Origin: an uncultured Chloroflexia bacterium
GTDB lineage: Bacteria > Chloroflexota > Limnocylindria > Limnocylindrales > CSP1-4
Assembly: GCA_963750125.1 (NCBI GenBank)
Contig: CAVVPT010000007.1
Location: 37,053 to 101,052 of the forward strand
Length of the DNA stretch: 64,000 nucleotides
Direction of reading: 5' to 3'
The notes under the pieces were generated by a model that saw only the letters and a program-made list of their open reading frames with translations, was not told the DNA's origin and made no database searches. Position 1 is the first letter of the stretch; each line of letters begins with the position of its first letter. This document shows positions 32,672 through 41,906 of the stretch, piece by piece. The translations under genes and the position numbers were made by a program.

Positions 32672-32685
32672 GGACATGCTCCTCC

Positions 32686-33716
32686 TCACTGCGGCTCCGA
32701 CTGGCCGCCCGTCCGGTCCCCCCACGACTGCCTGGTCCTCGAGGAGCGACGGTGTCGCCGCCCTCGCGCCGGGTTCGGCGTCCTGCCGACCCCGGACATC
32801 TCCCTGGCGCCAGCGCGTGACCGCGCCGACGACGCCGCCCGGTGCGAAGAGCACCACGGCGATGAAGACCAACCCGAGGAGCGTCGGCCAGCGCTCGACG
32901 TACGAGCTCAGCCAGTGCTCCGTTCCGACGACGACGCCCGCCCCGATGAGCGGGCCCAGCAACGTGCCGGTGCCGCCGAGGATGACCATCACGACGGCCA
33001 TCGCCGAGCGACTGAACGAGGCGACGTTGGGGCTGATGAATTCGGCCTGCCACACGATCAGCACCCCGGCGATGCCGGCCAGCAGGCCGGACAGCATCAC
33101 CGCGAGGAACTTCGCCCTCGAGACGGAGTAGCCGAGGCTCGACATGCGGGTCTCGCTCTCGCGCGTGCCACGCAGGACCAGCCCGAACGGCGACCGCGCG
33201 ACGACGGCGCGGAACGCGACCGCGAGCACGAAGGCGACGACGGTCAACAGGTAGAAGGCAGTCGGGCTGGCGAGCAGCCTCGGGGCGATCGATGCCGGTC
33301 AGGCCGTTCTGGCCGCCGGTGATCGTCGACAGCTTGAGGGCGAGGCCGTAGACGACGATCCCGAGCGCAAGCGTGATCATCAGGAACACGATCCCGCGCG
33401 TGCGCATGGTCGTCAGCGCGTACACGGCGGAGACCGCCAGCGTCACCACGAGCGCCAGTCCGAGCTGGACGGGCAGGCCCACGCTCTCGGTCGTTCCCCA
33501 CGCGATCGCGTAGGCGGCACTCGCCGCGATGCCGGCCTGCCCGATGGACACGAGCCCGCCCTGGCCGGCCAGCAGGTCGACGCTGGACGCCAGCAGCGCG
33601 GCGATGAACACGAGCGACAGCAGCGTCACGAGGTAGGTCGGGAGGACGAACGGCGCGGCGAGGGCCACGGCGATCGCCGCAGCGATGGCGAGGCGGCGGA
33701 CCTGGCGGCCGGTCAC
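32686..33716 (-). pseudogene. livM: branched-chain amino acid ABC permease (LivM-like), at least 1-2 frameshifts
   Basis: The GTG at 33716 overlaps the livH stop (GTGA). LLAGQGGLVSIGQAG..GGQNGLTGI is in one frame and LLTVVAFVLAVAF..VMVILGGTGTLLGPLIGA in another. The current frame has no stop before the SBP gene; an out-of-frame TGA at 32688-32686 sits inside the SBP Shine-Dalgarno. Confidence 0.7.
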
Positions 33717-34577
33717 GTCGAGCGACCGAACAGGCCTGCCGGACGCAGGACGAGGATGATCGCCATCGGGGCGAAGACCGCGAAGTACGACAGCTCCGGC
33801 AGCCACACCCGGGAGAAGGCGTCGATCAGGCCGATCAGCACGCTGCCCAGGGCCGCCCCGCCGATGCTGCCCAGCCCGCCGACGATCACCACGACGAGCG
33901 CGAACAGGAGGATCTCGGTGTCGGCGCCGGGGCGGATGGTCAGCAGCCCGGCGGCGATCATCCCGGCGGTGCCGGCCAGGACCGAGCCGACGAGGAACAT
34001 GCCGGCGAAGACGCGGTCGACGTCGATGCCCATCGCCGAGACCATCTCGCGGTCGTCGACACCGGCGCGCAGCACGGCGCCGATCCGCGTCCGCTGCTGG
34101 ACGACGGCGAGGATCACGCCGACGGCGACCGCGAAGGCCATCACGAACGAGCCGGTACGTGGGGTACGTGACGGGTCCGATCGACGTTCCGCCGACAAGC
34201 GGCGGGGGTGGATCCGCGGACCTCGGGTTGCCGCCGAAGACGGCCAGGATGAGGTCGGCGATGACGAGCGCGATGCCGACGGTCAGGAGGACCTCGGGCA
34301 GCTCGCGGCCGCGCACGCGATGGAGCAGGACCCGCTCCGAGAAGAGGCCCACCAGCCCGACGGAGACCCCGGCCGCCACGACGCCGAGGACCCAGCTGCC
34401 GGTCACGGCGGCAACGGAGATGCCGATCGAACCGCCAAGGAGGTACAGCGCGCCGTGCGCGAGGTTGACGATGCGCATCACGCCGAAGACCAGCGTGAAG
34501 CCGCTTGCGACAAGGAAGAGCAGGGCGGCGAACGTCAGGCCGTTGAGGACCTGGAGGGCAAGGAACTCGGGCGACAC
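33713..34577 (-). pseudogene. livH: branched-chain amino acid ABC permease (LivH-like), one frameshift near 34180
   Basis: The N-terminal piece MSPEFLALQVLNGLTFAALLFLVASGFTLVFGVMRIVNLAHGA and the C-terminal piece AVLRAGVDDREMVSAMGIDV..VVIVGGLGSIGGA are in different frames. Confidence 0.75.
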
Positions 34578-34617
34578 GAATCTCCCGTTCCTGGAGGCGG
34601 GTGACGCGGTCGGGCTA

Positions 34618-34634
34618 GTGTAGTGTCACTGCAC
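34618..34634. promoter_or_regulatory. 17 bp palindrome in the divergent livH / M24 promoter region (candidate operator)
   Basis: GTGTAGTG-T-CACTGCAC, with 7 of 8 arm positions complementary. It lies about 40 bp upstream of the livH start. Confidence 0.3.
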
Positions 34635-34776
34635 ACATCGTCAAGGTCGGTGTGGAGCATCGTTGAATTGGTCGGGCATCCGCTGCATACTGCCGGGCAC
34701 ACCCCGGGACGCTCTTTCCGCTTCCTCTCGGCGATCGACGCCGGCCTGATCGCCGCAATCGCAAGGAGATGAGCCT

Positions 34777-36052
34777 GTGAGCGCCGTCGACGCCGCTGCG
34801 CCACCCGTCACCGCGACCCGGCCGATCCCGTCACCTGGTTCGTTGAACGTCGACTGGGAGGAGCGCTGGAACGTCGAGCGGATGCGGACGTACCGGCTCG
34901 GTCGCGCCCGGTCGGCGCTCGCGGCCTCCGACCTCGGGCGCCGTCCTGCTGTTCGACTTCAACAACATCCGCTACACGACGAGCACCCACATCGGCGAGT
35001 GGGCGCGCGACAAGATGACGCGCTACGCGCTGCTGACGCGCGGCGGCGACCCGCACATCTGGGACTTCGGGTCGGCGGCCAAGCACCACCGCCTGAACTG
35101 CCCGTGGTTGCCGCAGGACAACGTGCACGCCGGGATGATCGGACTGCGCGGCGCGGTCGCCCCCGACGCCGGCCTGTTCAGGCGCGCGGCCCAGGAGATC
35201 GCCGGGATCCTGCGCGCCGAGGGCGTTGCCGACATGCCGCTCGGCGTCGACATCGTCGAGCCGCCGATGGCGGCCGCCCTGGCCGAGGAGGGGATCGTCG
35301 TCCGCGACGGGCAGCAGGTCATGCTCGACGCTCGCGAGGTCAAGTCCGTCGACGAGATCATCCTGCTCAACACGGCCTGCGCGATGGTCGACGGGGCCTA
35401 CCAGTACATCTCGGAGCGCCTCAAGCCCGGCGTCCGCGAGAGCGAGCTGGTCGCGGAGGTCACCAAGGTCCTGTTCGATCTCGGGTCGGAGCACGTCGAC
35501 AACATCAACGCGGTGTCCGGCGAGCGCTGCAGCCCGCACCCGCACGTGTTCAGCGACCGGATCATCCGGCCCGGCGACCAGGCTTTCTTCGACATCATCC
35601 ACACGTTCGTCGGCTACAAGACGTGCTACTACCGCACGTTCGTTGTCGGGGTGGGGACGGACGCGCAGCGCGACGCGTACAAGCAGGCGCGCGAGTGGAT
35701 CGACGCCTCGATCGAGCTGATGAAGCCGGGCATCGGCACCGACCAGGTTGCCAGCGTGTGGCCGAAGGCCGAGGAGTTCGGCTTCTCGAACGAGATGGAG
35801 TGCTTCGGGCTCCAGTTCGGACACAGCGTCGGCCTGTTCCTCCATGAGCGCCCGATCATCAGCCGGCTGAACTCGCTCGACCACCCGGTCGAGCTCAAGG
35901 AGGGCATGGTCATCGCGCTCGAGACGTACTGTCCGGCGAAGGACGGGTTCTCGGCGGCCCGGATCGAGGAAGAGGTGGTCGTGACCGCCGAGGGCCCGCG
36001 CGTCATCACGAAGTTCCCGTCGGACGAGCTGTTCGTCGCCAATGCCTACTGA
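34777..36052 (+). pseudogene. M24 family metallopeptidase-fold enzyme (creatinase/prolidase/DddP-like), one frameshift near 34935
   Basis: GTG start 8 nt after AAGGAG. The N-terminal 50 aa are in one frame. The rest (LLFDFNNIRYTTSTHIGEWARDK..HSVGLFLHERP..ALETY) is in the frame of ORF 35015..36052. Confidence 0.75.
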
Positions 36053-37040
36053 GGCGCCGGCCGTGGACGTCGAGACGGGCCTGCGGCTGTACCGGATCAT
36101 GGTCGAGTGCCGGACCTTCGAGGTCCGCGCGCAGGAGCTCTTCTTCGAAGGTCTCGTTCGCGGGACGACCCATCTCGGGCCAGGCCAGGAGGCCGTCGCC
36201 GCGGGGTTCGCGGCCGCGATGCGCGACGACGACTACACGTTCGCGACGTACCGCGGCCACAACCACGCTCTCGCGCGCGGTACGCCGATGGGCCCGCTCT
36301 ACGCCGAGCTGTTCGGGCGAGCGAACGGGCTGCTCGGTGGCAAGGGCGGCTCGATGCACATCACCGACGTGGACCACCACATGATGGGCTCGTATGCCAT
36401 CGTCGGCGCCCACCTGCCGATTGCGCTCGGCGCGGCTTGGTCCGCCCAGTACCGCAAGTCGGGCCAGGTGGCGGTCTGCTTCTTCGGCGACGGGACGACG
36501 AACATCGGGGCCTTCCACGAGGCACTGAACATGGCCGCGGTCTGGAAGGCACCGGTCGTCTTCGTCTGCGAGAACAATCAGTACATGGAGTACACGCCGA
36601 TCGGGGCGGTGACCGCGGTGGAGCATCCCGCCGCAGACCGGGCTGCTGCCTACGGCCTCGAGTCGATCCTCATCGACGGCAACGACGTCGAGGGGGTGTA
36701 CGGGACGGCCAGCCGGGTCATCGAACGGGCACGGAATGGCGACGGGCCATCGCTCGTCGAGGCCGTGACGTACCGCCATGGCGGGCACTCCCGCGCCGAC
36801 CCCGGCAAGTACCGGCCGGACGACGAAGTCGCGGCGTGGCTGGCGAAGGACCCGATCCCGCGCCAGCGGGCCCGGCTCGTCGAGCTCGGCGTGCCCGAGG
36901 CGGACCTCGCCGCGCTCGACGCTGAGATCAAGGCGGTCGTGGCGGCGGGCGAGGCCGAGGCGAAGGCCGGGCCCGAGCCGTCGGCGGAGGTGCTCGAGAC
37001 CCAGGTGTGGGCCGACGGAGGCTCGTCATGGCGGAGTTGA
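36042..37040 (+). CDS. thiamine-diphosphate-dependent 2-oxoacid/acetoin dehydrogenase E1 alpha subunit
   Basis: 332 aa. YRGHNHAL and the TPP motif GDGTTNIGAFHEALNMAAVWKAPVVFVCENNQY. Confidence 0.85.
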   Translation: MPTEAPAVDVETGLRLYRIMVECRTFEVRAQELFFEGLVRGTTHLGPGQEAVAAGFAAAMRDDDYTFATYRGHNHALARGTPMGPLYAELFGRANGLLGGKGGSMHITDVDHHMMGSYAIVGAHLPIALGAAWSAQYRKSGQVAVCFFGDGTTNIGAFHEALNMAAVWKAPVVFVCENNQYMEYTPIGAVTAVEHPAADRAAAYGLESILIDGNDVEGVYGTASRVIERARNGDGPSLVEAVTYRHGGHSRADPGKYRPDDEVAAWLAKDPIPRQRARLVELGVPEADLAALDAEIKAVVAAGEAEAKAGPEPSAEVLETQVWADGGSSWRS

Positions 37041-38015
37041 CGTATCGCGGCGCGGTCGCGGCAGGCATCGCCCAGGAGATGGAGCGCGACAGCTCGGTCG
37101 TGTTCATCGGCGAGGACGTCGGCGCGGCGGGCGGCGTGTTCAAGACGACCGAGGGCCTACTCGACAAGTTCGGCCCCGACCGCATCCGCGACACGCCGAT
37201 CAGCGAGCAGGCGATCGTCGGGGCAGTGATGGGCGCGGCGATGACCGGCCTGCGCCCCATCGGCGAGCTGATGTTCAGCGACTTCTTCGCGGTCGCCTGG
37301 GACATGGTTGCCAACCAGATCGCCAAGACCCGCTACATGACCGACGGCCAGGTGGCGCTGCCACTCGTCCTGCGCACGGCGAATGGCGGCGGGCTGCGCT
37401 TCGGTGCCCAGCACAGCCAGAGCGTCGAGAACTGGGCGATGGCGATCCCCGGCCTGAAGGTCGTCGCGCCGTCGAACGCGGCCGACATGAAGGGCCTGCT
37501 GGCGGCGGCGATCCGCGACCCCGATCCGGTGATCGTGTGCGAACACAAGGCCCTGTTCGCCGACAAGGGCGAGGTCCCCGACGGCGAGCACGTCGTGCCG
37601 CTCGGCAAGGCCGCGGTCCTCCGCGAGGGCAGGGACGTCACGATCGTGGCGCTCGCGGCGATGGTGCCGCGCGCGATAGCCGCCGCTGAGCGCCTGCAGG
37701 CCGAGGCCGGCATCGACGCCGAGGTGATCGACCTCCGGACGCTGGTCCCGCTCGACGTCCCGACGATCCTCGCCTCGGTCGAGAAGACGAGCCGGCTGGT
37801 GACCGTCGAGGAGAACCCGCGGCTCTGCGGCTGGGGCGCCGAGATCGCCTCGATCGTCGCCGACGAGGGGTTCTGGAGCCTCGACGCGCCGATCATCGCG
37901 GATCACCGCGCCGCACGTCCCGCTGGCATCGTCGCCGGTGCTCGAGGACCTCGCGATGCCCTCGGCCGAGCGGATCTTTGACACGGTTCGCCGCCGGCTC
38001 GAGGAAGCGCGGTGA
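37028..38015 (+). pseudogene. E1 beta subunit, C-terminal frameshift near 37900
   Basis: FIGEDVGAAGGVFKTTEGLLDKFGPDRIRDTPISE. After LDAPII the expected tail (RITAPHVPLASSPVLEDLAMPSAERI) is in another frame and ends at the TGA at 38013-38015, which overlaps the next GTG. Confidence 0.8.
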
Positions 38016-38920
38016 CCGTAGCCGCCCCGGTCCGGACCGTGGCCGTCCTCGGGACGGGCCACATGGGCTCCGCCATGAGCCGTGCGCTCGCGAAGGCCGA
38101 CTTCGATCTCGTGCTCTTCAACCGGACGCTGGCCAAGTGCACGCCGCTCGCCGATGAGCTGGGGGCCCGGGTGGCCGACTCGGCGGCCGACGCGGTCGCG
38201 GCCGCCGACGTTGCCATCACCATGGTCGCCGACGAGCCGGCGGTCCTTGCCCTCTACCGTGGGGAGGGCGGCGTCATGGGCGGACTATCGGCCGGGAAGG
38301 TCGTCGCCGACATGAGCACGGTGCCGCCATCGGTGGTGCTCGGCCTGGCCGACGACGTTCGCGCGACCGGCGCCGAGATCCTCGACGCGCCGGTGTCGGG
38401 CAGCACGGCGCTCGCCCAGTCGGGTGCGCTGACGATCATGGTGGGCGGTGACGAAGCGGTGCTCGAACGGGCACGTCCGGTCTTCGACGCCCTCGCGAAG
38501 CGGGTCTTCCACCTCGGTGCGCTGGGCAACGGCGCGGCCATGAAGCTCGCCGTCAACACGCTGATCTTCGGGCTCAACGAGGCGCTCGCCGAGGGATTCG
38601 TGATCGCCGAGCGCGCCGGCATCGACCGCGCGCTCGCCTACGAAGTCCTCGCCGCGAGCGCGGCGGGCGCGCCATACGTCGGCTACAAGCGGGCCGCCTT
38701 CCTCGACCCCGAGGGAACGCCGCCGGTCTTCACGATCGAGCTGGCGGCGAAGGACCTGGACCTGATCACCGGCTTCGCGGACCGCCTCGACGTCCCGGTC
38801 CCGCAGGCTCGCACCAATCTCGCCGTCCTCCGCGACGCGCAGGCCGCCGGCCATGCCGGGGCCGACTTCGCGGCGGTCGCGGTGCATCTCAGGGGAGGAG
38901 GGCCGGGCAAGGGCCAATGA
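38012..38920 (+). CDS. NAD(P)-dependent 3-hydroxyisobutyrate/6-phosphogluconate dehydrogenase-like oxidoreductase
   Basis: Rossmann motif VAVLGTGHMGSAMSRAL. GNGAAMKLAVN is typical of the HIBADH family. Confidence 0.8.
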   Translation: MTVAAPVRTVAVLGTGHMGSAMSRALAKADFDLVLFNRTLAKCTPLADELGARVADSAADAVAAADVAITMVADEPAVLALYRGEGGVMGGLSAGKVVADMSTVPPSVVLGLADDVRATGAEILDAPVSGSTALAQSGALTIMVGGDEAVLERARPVFDALAKRVFHLGALGNGAAMKLAVNTLIFGLNEALAEGFVIAERAGIDRALAYEVLAASAAGAPYVGYKRAAFLDPEGTPPVFTIELAAKDLDLITGFADRLDVPVPQARTNLAVLRDAQAAGHAGADFAAVAVHLRGGGPGKGQ

Positions 38921-38999
38921 CCGGGTGGTGACCCAATAGCTCGTTCACGCGCAGACCCAGCGGTTTCCAGCACGACGGAAGAGAGAAAGGGGCGCAGTC

Positions 39000-40421
39000 G
39001 TGACCGAACGGATCCTCATCAAGGGAGGCATCGTCCTGACGCAGGACGACGCACTCGGCGAGTTGAACGGCGCCGACGTGCTCGTCGAGGACGACCGGAT
39101 TGCCGAGGTCGGCCGGGACCTCTCGGCCGCCGACGCGCAGGTGATCGACGCGGCCGGCGACATCGTCATCCCGGGCTTCATCGACACCCACCGGCATACC
39201 TGGGAGACGTCGATCCGGACGTGCGCCCCGGACTATCCCCTCATCACGTACTTCGGCTCGATCCTTGACAAGTTCGCGCCGCACTATCGTCCTGATGACG
39301 TGTACGCGGCGACCCTGTGGGGTGCCCTCGAGGACATCAACGCGGGCATCACCGGCCTCGTCGACTGGGCGCACATCATCAACACCCCCGACCACGCGGA
39401 TGCCGGAGTCAACGCGCTCCAGGAATCGGGCATCCGCTCGGTCTATGCCTACGGCTTCGGCAACACGTCGCTCGTGGACTGGTGGTTCGGGCCGGACTAC
39501 ACGGGCAGCGTCCTGCGGATCGACGGGCCCGACGCGCGGCGAATCCGGCAGCAGTACTTCGCCTCGGATGACGGCCGCGTCACGATGGGCCTCGCGACGC
39601 GCGGCACCGGCTTCTGCAAGCCCGACGTCGTCCAAATGGAATGGGAGCTTGCCAAGGAGCTCGGCATCAACATCACGGTCCACGTCGGGATGGACCGCTT
39701 CGGCTACACGAAAGGCCAGATCACGGCCCTGCGCGACATGGACCTGTTGTACCCGAATACGACCTACGTCCACGCCTCGCACTTCACCGACGAGGAATGG
39801 GCCCTGGTCCGCGATTCCGGTGGGAACGTCTCGTTCGCGCCGCAGATCGAGGTCCAGATGGGCCACGGCTGGGCGCCGGCGGTGACCGCGCTCGAATACG
39901 GCATCCCGATCGGGTTGTCATCGGACGTGGCGACGACCGCGTCTGCCGACCAGTTCACCCAGATGCACGCGATCTTCGGCTCGGAACGGGGGCGCAAGCA
40001 CCAGTCGGCGTGGGATTCGGACCTTGACGGGCTCGAGGCGTCGCCTGGCCTGATCACCTCGCGGCAGGTGCTGCGCTGGGCCACGCTCGGTGGCGCGGAG
40101 GTCGCCGGCATCGCCGACCGAACCGGCTCGATAACACCCGGCAAGAAGGCCGACATCGTGATCATCGACGGATCGGCCGTGAACGTCGCGCCGATCATCG
40201 ATCCGGTCGGGGCGGTCGTCTGCGCGGCCGACATCTCGAACGTGAAGACGGTCTTCGTCGACGGCGAGCTCCTCAAGCAGGACTTCAGGCTGGCAGCGTC
40301 GCTGACCGAGCCGCGCAAGAAGGTCGAGGCGTCCCGCGATTACCTGCTCACGAAGTTCGGTGAGCCCCAGGAGGGCTGGCTGACGGCCTCGTCCGGTCGA
40401 GAGGTCGCGGCGGCCGGCTGA
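39000..40421 (+). CDS. amidohydrolase (metal-dependent hydrolase superfamily)
   Basis: 473 aa, GTG start after AAAGGGG. DVLVEDDRIAEVG, IPGFIDTHRHTWE, TPGKKADIVIID. Confidence 0.85.
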   Translation: MTERILIKGGIVLTQDDALGELNGADVLVEDDRIAEVGRDLSAADAQVIDAAGDIVIPGFIDTHRHTWETSIRTCAPDYPLITYFGSILDKFAPHYRPDDVYAATLWGALEDINAGITGLVDWAHIINTPDHADAGVNALQESGIRSVYAYGFGNTSLVDWWFGPDYTGSVLRIDGPDARRIRQQYFASDDGRVTMGLATRGTGFCKPDVVQMEWELAKELGINITVHVGMDRFGYTKGQITALRDMDLLYPNTTYVHASHFTDEEWALVRDSGGNVSFAPQIEVQMGHGWAPAVTALEYGIPIGLSSDVATTASADQFTQMHAIFGSERGRKHQSAWDSDLDGLEASPGLITSRQVLRWATLGGAEVAGIADRTGSITPGKKADIVIIDGSAVNVAPIIDPVGAVVCAADISNVKTVFVDGELLKQDFRLAASLTEPRKKVEASRDYLLTKFGEPQEGWLTASSGREVAAAG

Positions 40422-40455
40422 CCCGGGGACGGCCTGGAATCCCCGGCACTCCCCA

Positions 40456-40481
40456 GCGGAGCGTCACCGGCGACGCTCCGC
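40456..40481 (+). terminator. perfect 10 bp stem hairpin downstream of the amidohydrolase gene
   Basis: GCGGAGCGTC-accggc-GACGCTCCGC. The downstream tract is T-poor, so it is at best a GC-type intrinsic terminator. Confidence 0.4.
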
Positions 40482-40488
40482 GCTCTTC

Positions 40489-40520
40489 GGGCGGTCGGCT
40501 TCCCCCAGGGCCGACCGCCC
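40489..40520 (+). terminator. perfect 11 bp stem hairpin
   Basis: GGGCGGTCGGC-ttcccccagg-GCCGACCGCCC. Confidence 0.35.
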
Positions 40521-40577
40521 GAGCTATGTCCGTGGCTGCAGCAGGAGCTCGCGGCGCCGGTTGCGCGCGGCGCGGTT

Positions 40578-40729
40578 GCCAAATATCAGCCCGGGTAATG
40601 CCTGGCCGGGCCCTGGCGCCGAAACGGCTCGGCTCGCGGTCAAACATCAGCGGGGGTGATACGCGGCAATGGAATCGGCTGGGTTTTCCGCCGATCGGTC
40701 GCCTTTCACGACAGGGGCTGATATCTGGC
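40578..40729. repeat. inverted repeat pair GCCAAATATCAGCCC / GGGCTGATATCTGGC with an internal third copy
   Basis: 40578-40592 and 40715-40729 are reverse complements in 14 of 15 positions. GTCAAACATCAGCGGG at 40639-40654 is a related forward copy. Confidence 0.6.
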
Positions 40730-40824
40730 GAGGAACGGCCGGACAAGCGTCACCGCTGAATGCCAGGCGCTCCACCGGGACGGCCGGCGAGCGCGCCGGA
40801 CCGGACGACAAAGCGTTCCGCGCG

Positions 40825-41030
40825 CCATTCGTGGCCAGATTCCCACCTACGGAACGTTAGGCCCGGAAGCCGGCCTCGTTCCTGGCCACATTCCCAGCAG
40901 GTGGGAATCTGGCCGCAGAATCGCCCGATCCGAGACATGCGGTGCCGATTTCGGACGTTCTGCCTGGCCTAAGCGCCCACGTGTGGGAATTTGGCCATGT
41001 TGGCAAGGCTGGGCTCGGATCCGCGGGGCG
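40825..41030. repeat. structured intergenic repeat, copy B
   Basis: TGGCCAGATTCCCAC (40832-40846), TGGCCACATTCCCA (40883-40896), GTGGGAATCTGGCC (40901-40914), TGGCCTAAGCGCCC (40965-40978), GTGGGAATTTGGCCA (40983-40997). Order and orientation match copy A. Confidence 0.75.
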
Positions 41031-41057
41031 GGTGGCGCGCGGGCCTGAAGTCTGCCG

Positions 41058-41906
41058 TCAGACCTTCTCGAGCAGCCTCGCCAGAAACCGCTTCGTGCGC
41101 TCGTCCTGCGGCGCTTCGATGACCTGCTCTGGAGGCCCGGCCTCGATAAAGACGCCCTCCTCGATGAAGTACACACGGTCGGCCGCTTCCCTGGCGAAGG
41201 CCATCTCGTGGGTCACGACGATCATCGTCGAGCCCTCGTGGGCGAGGTCGGCCATGACGTGGAGCACCTCGCCCACGAGCGTGGGGTCGAGGGCCGAGGT
41301 CGGCTCGTCGAAGAGCAGCACCTTCGGTTCCATCGTCAGCGCCCGGGCGATCGCCACGCGCTGTTTCTGGCCGCCGGACAGGCGAGCCGGGTACTCGTCG
41401 CGCTTCTCCTTCAGGCCGACCTTGTCCAGGAACTTCTCGGCCGTCGCGACCGCCTGGTCACGGCGCACGCCTTTCACCTTCACGGGTCCCTCGATGACGT
41501 TCTCGAGCACCGTCATGTGTGGGAACAGGTTGAACTCCTGGAAGACCATCTGCGCCTGCATCCGGATCTGGCGAATCTCCTCGCGATGCTTTCGCGATCG
41601 CGTGGCCAATGGGGCAGCGGCAATTCTCACGCCGGCAACCTCCACGATGCCGGCCGTCGGTTCCTCGAGGAAGTTCGTGCAGCGCAGGAGCGTGCTCTTG
41701 CCGCTCCCCGAGCGGCCGATCAGGCAGATCGTCTCGCGCGGGTAGACCTCCAGGTAGCAGCCGCGCAAGACGTGGTTCGAACCGAAGTACTTCTGGACCC
41801 CGAGGAGGCGCACGATCGGCTCTGCGCCGGGCGGGGTGAGCTTGCCGGGCTTCGCCAACGGGTCGTGCATTGCATCGATTGCAGGGGTGGACGTCACGGA
41901 GCTCAT
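41058..41906 (-). CDS. polar amino acid ABC transporter ATP-binding protein
   Basis: Walker A GRSGSGKSTLLRC, signature LSGGQKQRVAIARAL, Walker B LLFDEPTSALD. The ATG at 41906 overlaps the permease stop (ATGA). Confidence 0.9.
   Translation of the reverse strand: MSSVTSTPAIDAMHDPLAKPGKLTPPGAEPIVRLLGVQKYFGSNHVLRGCYLEVYPRETICLIGRSGSGKSTLLRCTNFLEEPTAGIVEVAGVRIAAAPLATRSRKHREEIRQIRMQAQMVFQEFNLFPHMTVLENVIEGPVKVKGVRRDQAVATAEKFLDKVGLKEKRDEYPARLSGGQKQRVAIARALTMEPKVLLFDEPTSALDPTLVGEVLHVMADLAHEGSTMIVVTHEMAFAREAADRVYFIEEGVFIEAGPPEQVIEAPQDERTKRFLARLLEKV

Noticed and set aside
40714-40745. GGGGCTGATATCTGGCGAGG resembles the 5' end of tmRNA (GGGGCUGA...).
   Set aside because: There is no tRNA-like T-arm (GGTTCGAnTCC) or CCA-proximal acceptor complement within about 400 nt downstream. 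The same 15-mer also occurs inverted at 40578, so it is a repeat arm and not ssrA.
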